DNA of 64,000 nucleotides, taken from an uncultured Bacteroidales bacterium (lineage in GTDB: Bacteria; Bacteroidota; Bacteroidia; Bacteroidales; UBA7960). Below are positions 59,155 through 64,000 of the stretch, in pieces. The translations under genes and the position numbers were made by a program. The notes below the pieces were generated by a model. The model was not told the DNA's origin and searched no databases. It saw nothing but the letters and a program-made list of their open reading frames with translations. Every line of letters starts with the position of its first letter. Position 1 is the first letter of the stretch. Location: positions 306 through 64,305 of the forward strand of contig CAZTPA010000009.1 in the NCBI GenBank assembly GCA_964614525.1, read 5' to 3'.

Positions 59155-60516
59155 CTACTCAAATTCTTTTTTAATAAGATCCAGCCCTTCTCTAATGATT
59201 GATTGAACTTCTATTTTTGAAGTACAAACAAACTCACACAGGGCTAAATCTTCAGGAGCAACTTCATAAATTCCGAGTTTTTCCATCATATCAATATCTT
59301 CAATTAAAATTGATTTTACTAATTGTACCGGATAAATATTCATAGGCAAAACCTTTTCATACTGCCCGGTAACAACAAACGGACGCTCACCACTCCTGGC
59401 ATTTGTGTTTATTCTATACTTTTTCCAGGGAGTAAGAAATGAGAAGAATGTTCTGGAAATGCTATATTTATCCAACTGTGGAGTTATCCACCCTAATAAC
59501 TCTCTGTTATTTCCTTCAGGAATTACACTTAGCATATCATGATAAAACCCAATAAATCCGTCAGAATCAATCTTTGTGCCGCTTAATACATCTCCACTTA
59601 TATATCTTAATTCCACATCCTCATTTTGCTTAATATTATTGGTAGTGAAAGATTTAATTCCTGCACCATTAATAATCTTAAAGTATCTTCTGTTTGAAAC
59701 CTCAGAACCTACTAATGCAACAATTTTTTTTGCATCATAAATTCCTTTCTCAAAAAGCCTTCCAATCATTATAACAGACTGCAAATCAAGATACCAAACG
59801 ATGTCACCCTTATTTATAGGTTCTATATGATGAATTTGAATTCCAACATTTCCTGCCGGATGCGGCCCTTTAAAATAATGCAGCTTTACATTATTCGCTT
59901 CAAGGAGAGCTTTTGAGGTTGTTTGAATTTCATGTACCGACAAATGCACATCCCCTTCTGTAAGTTTAGACAATGCATTAATGCCGGTTTGTAATTGTTT
60001 TTCCTGCCCATTTATAACAAAATCCATGTCAGTTGCTAAAGGAACTGTATTAAATCCTGAAATAAAAATATTCTTAGGCTTATCTTTAGGATTAGCTACA
60101 ATGGAATATGGCCTCTGGCGAATTGTCGGCCACAAACCGCTTTCTAATAACTTTTTAACTATTTCATCTCTTTTTAAACTTAAAGGATCTGCTGCTCCAA
60201 AATCAACATAATCATCAACTTCATCGGGTTTAATATGTATTTCGAGAATACGCCTTTTATCTCCCCTGACTAATTGCGTAAAAACACCACTTACAGGAGA
60301 TACAAATAATATATCCTCATTGTATTTATCAAAAAACAAAGGACTTCCTGCCTGAACTTTTTCGCCTTCTTTAATCATCATTTTAGGCGTAAGTCCATGA
60401 AAATCCGTAGGTTTTAACGCATAAAGATCAGCTCTTGCAGGAGTTGTCAGAATTTTTTCCGCTTCTCCTTTTAGGGGAATATTCAAACCCTTAGTTATCT
60501 TAATTACTTTTGACAT
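59155..60516 (-). CDS. nqrA: Na+-NQR subunit A
   Basis: 453-aa soluble ORF starting IKITKGLNIPLKGEA, the first gene of the nqr operon. Confidence 0.9.
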   Translation of the reverse strand: MSKVIKITKGLNIPLKGEAEKILTTPARADLYALKPTDFHGLTPKMMIKEGEKVQAGSPLFFDKYNEDILFVSPVSGVFTQLVRGDKRRILEIHIKPDEVDDYVDFGAADPLSLKRDEIVKKLLESGLWPTIRQRPYSIVANPKDKPKNIFISGFNTVPLATDMDFVINGQEKQLQTGINALSKLTEGDVHLSVHEIQTTSKALLEANNVKLHYFKGPHPAGNVGIQIHHIEPINKGDIVWYLDLQSVIMIGRLFEKGIYDAKKIVALVGSEVSNRRYFKIINGAGIKSFTTNNIKQNEDVELRYISGDVLSGTKIDSDGFIGFYHDMLSVIPEGNNRELLGWITPQLDKYSISRTFFSFLTPWKKYRINTNARSGERPFVVTGQYEKVLPMNIYPVQLVKSILIEDIDMMEKLGIYEVAPEDLALCEFVCTSKIEVQSIIREGLDLIKKEFE

Positions 60517-60553
60517 AGCTTACTTGTCTGTTTTTAGATTGTCATAACACAAG

Positions 60554-60561
60554 CAAATTTA
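60554..60561 (-). promoter_or_regulatory. candidate -7 box (TAAATTTG on the minus strand) for the nqr operon
   Basis: Plus-strand CAAATTTA lies about 40 nt upstream of the nqrA start. Confidence 0.4.
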
Positions 60562-60743
60562 TAGATATTTTACTATCTTTAAAAAATTAATTTTATGATT
60601 AGAGAGTTTTAATCATAAAAACTTGATTATGAAAAGATTTAAAAAATATTATTACTTATTTAAGCGTTTTATTTTATCTTATGTATAAACATGATTTATT
60701 GGATAAATCTTAATAATATTATTATTCTAACATTTATAACATT

Positions 60744-62126
60744 ATGATTAAAAAACTTTCAAAAATAAAAATTTTTGTCGTATTTCGGCTCTTATTTACC
60801 TTTTTCTTTTTTACAAGCTTTTCATCAATATACTGTTCCGAAGTATATAAAAATGACAATGATCAGAATAGAGATGAGAACGTCCAAGACAGTGTTTCTT
60901 TTGAATATTACAGTGAAGATTTTTTAAGATACGGGGATTTTATTTATACAGAAAATATAAAAACCGTTTTATTTTACAAAAGTGGATTTGAGTTATCTCC
61001 GCCATTAATAAAGCATAATTCAAATGAAAAATTAACTTTAAAATTTGATGATCTGGATGCTGATCATAAAAGCTATGCCTATACAATAATTCATTGCAAT
61101 GCCGACTGGCAGCCATCGGGTTTGAGCAATTATGAATATATTGATGGATTTTATGATGACGAAATTACTAATTATGAATTTTCCTTAAATACTATTATAC
61201 CTTATACTCACTATACTTTACAATTTCCTAATGAGAATATTAAACCACGTTTATCCGGAAATTACATTTTAAAAGTATATATACAGGGCTATCCTGAAGA
61301 AGTTGTTTTAACCCGCAAATTTAAAATCTATGAGCAGCTGGTCAGCCTTGAAGGTAATGTAACAAAAGCCACACTTGTTTCAAAAAGAGATGAAATGCAG
61401 GAAGTTAACTTCACAATAAACTCTTCAACATACAGAATTAGCAATCCCTACCAGGATATAAAAGTTTCAATAAAGCAAAATGGCCGAACAGATAATATTA
61501 TTTGGGATTTAAAACCAAAAATGGTTTTAGGAGATAAATTAGTATATGAATATGAAGAAAAAAATCTCTTTGAGGGTGGCAACGAATTCAGACAATTTGA
61601 CATAAGGAGTTTGAGATTTGCCACAGAAAGTGTTAGTGACATTGTGGCAACACATTCTCATTATGAGGTTTATTTATTAAACGATCCTCGCAGATCATCA
61701 ATGAGATATACATTTAATGAAGATATCAACGGGCAATACAATATTAAAAACAATGATGGCTATGAATCACATATTGATTCCGATTACGCCTGGGTGTATT
61801 TTAGTTTGAATTATCCGATACCTGAAGAAAACGGCAATTTTTACGTTACCGGAGCATTAACAGATTGGAACTATACCAGTGAAAACAGAATGAATTATTC
61901 TTTCAGGGATAAAAAATACCATACAAGCTTATTGTTGAAACAAGGATATTATAATTATCAATATATTTTTTTGCAGGACGGGTCGAGAAGAGGCAGCACA
62001 TTTAGAGCTGAGGGAAGTCATTCTGATACTGAAAATGAATATTCAATTTTCGTATATCATAGAAAACCCGGAGATATGCACGATAGCTTAATCGGCCTTT
62101 TGCACCTCAACTCGGGTGTTAATTGA
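60744..62126 (+). CDS. DUF5103-type protein (T9SS plug-like family), secreted
   Basis: 460-aa ORF with a signal peptide. IKTVLFYKSGFELSPPLIKHNSNEKLTLKFDDLDADHKSYAYTIIHCNADWQPS matches my memory of the DUF5103 N-domain. Confidence 0.55.
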   Translation: MIKKLSKIKIFVVFRLLFTFFFFTSFSSIYCSEVYKNDNDQNRDENVQDSVSFEYYSEDFLRYGDFIYTENIKTVLFYKSGFELSPPLIKHNSNEKLTLKFDDLDADHKSYAYTIIHCNADWQPSGLSNYEYIDGFYDDEITNYEFSLNTIIPYTHYTLQFPNENIKPRLSGNYILKVYIQGYPEEVVLTRKFKIYEQLVSLEGNVTKATLVSKRDEMQEVNFTINSSTYRISNPYQDIKVSIKQNGRTDNIIWDLKPKMVLGDKLVYEYEEKNLFEGGNEFRQFDIRSLRFATESVSDIVATHSHYEVYLLNDPRRSSMRYTFNEDINGQYNIKNNDGYESHIDSDYAWVYFSLNYPIPEENGNFYVTGALTDWNYTSENRMNYSFRDKKYHTSLLLKQGYYNYQYIFLQDGSRRGSTFRAEGSHSDTENEYSIFVYHRKPGDMHDSLIGLLHLNSGVN

Positions 62127-62167
62127 AACTTGTTTTTACCATGGCATTCCTAATTTTATCGAGATTT

Positions 62168-62250
62168 AGCTACGCTGCTACTTCGTGGTCTCACATACGT
62201 TCGAAATGACTGTGTCTTTTATGGAGTGAGCTTAGACCCGTCGGGAAAAC
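62168..62250. repeat. GC-enriched box-repeat element
   Basis: Contains ACTTCGTGG and the box GTTCGAAATGACTG (compare GTTCAGGGTGACAG at 63224 and GCTCAGAATGACAAG at 20870). Local stems: GGTCT/AGACC and CCCG-T-CGGG. Confidence 0.35.
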
Positions 62251-62358
62251 TATGTAGCCTTGACTTGTTTGTTTTTGTATTAAGACAAAAGTGAAGAAAT
62301 ATTTTCTTATTCTTTTGGCTAGCCTAAAAGAATAAAAAATGACAAGCATTTTTTCACA

Positions 62359-62565
62359 TCAACCACCGCTAATCAGATGAATAACATTTACTTTATCACC
62401 ATCACTTATCACGGCAGTATTAAATTCCTCAGGCTTAACAACCTGATTATTAATCTTCACAACCAGGAACTTGAAAGTAAAGTTTTTGAAGTCAAGAAGT
62501 TCCTGAACAGTCATTTTATCTTTAGCTGTAAATTCTTCATTTCTATTATTAAGAACAATTTTCAT
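62359..62565 (-). CDS. ThiS/MoaD-family ubiquitin-like sulfur-carrier protein
   Basis: 68-aa ORF ending in ...DGDKVNVIHLISGG (C-terminal Gly-Gly), with a beta-grasp-like pattern. Confidence 0.7.
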   Translation of the reverse strand: MKIVLNNRNEEFTAKDKMTVQELLDFKNFTFKFLVVKINNQVVKPEEFNTAVISDGDKVNVIHLISGG

Positions 62566-62568
62566 ACT

Positions 62569-63084
62569 TTAAAATATTTTTCTTGCTTCAGCCTTTAAAA
62601 AATCCAGGGCTTTTCTTGTTGCTAATTTATCTACACTCATATCCAAAATTTTCTTGCTTAAATCAGCAGAGTTGGCATCCTCTTCAAGCTGGCCTGCTGA
62701 AGTATTTATTTGCCTGATCATTTCCTCTTTAGCTGTCTTAACCATTTCCCATGATTTATTTGAAACATATAACTGCTGAGAAAGATTATGATCATACTCC
62801 TCCCGGATAGCGTGAACGAGAATTTGATGAAACTGTGTTGCGCTTAAACCGGCTTTATGAGTTCTCAAAACAAGATTTGCAGGAGAAATTCTTTCCAGGA
62901 ATAAAACTATTCTTTCGTATGCCTGAAGGCGTATTGGCAGAGAAACTTTTCTTTGTTCTTCTAGCATTGTAAGATGACGTTTATTCATCTCATTCTGAAA
63001 GAATTCTTTCAAAAGAAAATAAGCTGTTGCAAAAACAACACCTGCAACCAAAATTACTGTGAGCAAGTTATATAAATTTATCAT
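62569..63084 (-). CDS. N-terminally membrane-anchored protein of unknown function
   Basis: The probable start is MINLYNLLTVILVAGVVFATAYFLL (TM helix), 33 codons inside the track ORF. The remainder is helical and I recognise no family. Its stop lies 3 nt before the ThiS-like start. Confidence 0.5.
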   Translation of the reverse strand: MINLYNLLTVILVAGVVFATAYFLLKEFFQNEMNKRHLTMLEEQRKVSLPIRLQAYERIVLFLERISPANLVLRTHKAGLSATQFHQILVHAIREEYDHNLSQQLYVSNKSWEMVKTAKEEMIRQINTSAGQLEEDANSADLSKKILDMSVDKLATRKALDFLKAEARKIF

Positions 63085-63191
63085 GAGTTTTTTGGTTTTA
63101 ATTAGATATAAGAACTGCAAAAATACACAATATCTAATGATTTGGAAAATGATTTTCTTTTCAAAAAACAATGAATTAAACATTTGCAGAA

Positions 63192-63311
63192 CCCCACTAG
63201 ACCCTTCACTCCGCTATCGCTCCGTTCAGGGTGACAGTACTATTGGTTGAATGGGAGGAGGGAGCAAATGCGAAGGATCTCGTGGAAAAACCGGCTAAGT
63301 TAGAATAATGC
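63192..63311. repeat. 120-bp direct repeat, copy 1 (box-repeat family)
   Basis: Aligns without gaps at an offset of 654 nt to 63846-63965. I count 4 substitutions by eye. Contains CACTCCGCTATCGCTCCGTTCAGGGTGACAG and GCGAAGGATCTCGT. Confidence 0.8.
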
Positions 63312-63544
63312 TAAAACAAATGGATTACACATTAGCAGAAAAGTATAGTTTCAATTTTCGAGCTTCGTTATTTGGATTATTTTCTCATTATCCGGTACCT
63401 CAATATTTAACTAAATAATATACCCTAATTCAATATGTGGATTTTTATATTCTTTATGTCTACCTTATTTGCTTTTTTGTATTAATTTTGTATTTTTTAT
63501 ATTTGCTGAGAGTTTTCTTTTTGCCAAATCTAAATTAAGAGCAC

Positions 63545-63904
63545 ATGAATATCCACCAATATTATGTTTACATAATAACTACTTCAAAAAATAAAGTGCT
63601 TTACACAGGAGTCACAAACAACCTGATTAGGAGATGCCATGAACATAAAATGGGGCTTATAAAAGGCTTTACAAAGAAATACAACATAAGCAAATTGGTT
63701 TATTACGAAGTTTTTGATCATATAGAAACAGCAATAAAAAGGGAAAAACAAATTAAAACGATAACCCGTGCAAAAAAAGAATCCCTGATAAATAGTTTCA
63801 ATCCGGAATGGAAGGAACTGTTTTCTGATAACACAATCCATAAACCCCCACCAGACCCTTCACTCCGCTATCGCTCCGTTCAGGGTGACAGTACTATTGG
63901 TTGA
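63545..63904 (+). CDS. small GIY-YIG nuclease-family protein (C-terminal about 20 aa read through into the repeat)
   Basis: YYVYIITTSKNKVLYTGVTNNLIRRCHEHK plus YYEVF...AIKREKQIK gives the GIY / YIG / R / E motif series. The tail PPPDPSLRYRSVQGDSTIG is encoded by repeat copy 2. Confidence 0.8.
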   Translation: MNIHQYYVYIITTSKNKVLYTGVTNNLIRRCHEHKMGLIKGFTKKYNISKLVYYEVFDHIETAIKREKQIKTITRAKKESLINSFNPEWKELFSDNTIHKPPPDPSLRYRSVQGDSTIG

Positions 63905-63965
63905 ATGGGAGGAGGGAGCGAATGCGAAGGATCTCGTTGAAGAACCGGCTAAGTTAGAATAATGC
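63846..63965. repeat. 120-bp direct repeat, copy 2
   Basis: See copy 1. It overlaps the 3' end of the GIY-YIG ORF. Confidence 0.8.
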
Positions 63966-63968
63966 AAC

Positions 63969-64000
63969 AGCGAATGCGAAGGATCTCGTTGAAGAACCGC
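63969..64000. repeat. tandem reiteration of a repeat sub-module, truncated by the window edge
   Basis: AGCGAATGCGAAGGATCTCGTTGAAGAACCG at 63969-63999 is identical to 63917-63947 (offset 52). Confidence 0.6.

Noticed and set aside
62127-62358. TPP riboswitch or terminator associated with the ThiS-like gene
   Set aside because: This region lies 3' of the gene. The gene's 5' side is occupied by a coupled ORF, and no TPP-riboswitch-like CUGAGA/ACCUGA core is visible. The 62307-62335 hairpin lacks a U-tract on either strand.
63085-63183. 33-codon N-terminal extension of the 204-aa ORF
   Set aside because: The extension is hydrophobic and low-complexity (IIFQIIRYCVFLQFLYLIK) and would sit ahead of the obvious TM anchor. 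Met-34 is the more plausible start.
63059-63250. 63-aa plus-strand ORF ending in PLDPSLRYRSVQGDSTIG
   Set aside because: It lies antisense to the 5' end of the 62569-63183 gene and then runs into repeat copy 1. Its C-terminal identity with the GIY-YIG ORF tail only reflects the shared DNA repeat.
63192-64000. Possible CRISPR array, because of regularly spaced repeats
   Set aside because: There are only two full copies at a 654-nt spacing, with a protein gene between them. The repeats are 120 bp, far longer than CRISPR repeats, and no cas genes are present.
1-64000. Prophage, integrative element or large genomic island
   Set aside because: No integrase, transposase, tRNA attachment site, or phage structural or conjugation genes were recognised. 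The accessory content is limited to small cassettes.

Overview
This is a 64-kb AT-rich chromosomal segment that reads as Bacteroidota. The signs are TAnnTTTG -7 promoter boxes, almost no Shine-Dalgarno sequences, a CarboxypepD_reg-type TonB-dependent receptor, a DUF5103/T9SS-plug-like protein and a complete Na+-NQR operon. I can support about 55 protein genes, mostly housekeeping: queE-folD-ffh, aroE, rpmB, dnaK, tpx, a UbiD-family decarboxylase, aspartokinase, rsmA, serS, rplU-rpmA, rpsF-rpsR-rplI, a TrmH-family methyltransferase, and nqrABCDEF followed by a CDF transporter and apbE. I recognised no rRNA, tRNA, CRISPR array, integrase or transposase. Unusual content sits in three places. (1) 17.7-21.0 kb holds DUF2148, an N-terminally truncated DnaB-like ATPase lacking the arginine finger, a SiaC-like DUF1987 protein, and a HEPN/MNT pair bracketed by GC-rich structured repeats. 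(2) 37.0-52.2 kb holds six genes for exported proteins, built around a TPR-CHAT caspase-like lipoprotein and flanked by two paralogous transmembrane SpoIIE/PP2C phosphatase sensors. This is my best candidate for an undescribed system. (3) 62.1-64.0 kb holds a small GIY-YIG nuclease gene between 120-bp direct repeats that belong to a dispersed family of GC-rich box repeats. Smaller points are an NqrM-like Cys-rich mini-protein, a promoter-hairpin-U-tract element ahead of a membrane LytTR regulator, a CarH/LitR-like MerR plus ECF sigma pair, and a shared promoter/leader layout at three ribosomal-protein operons. All functional calls come from motif recognition by eye on the supplied translations; no searches were run.
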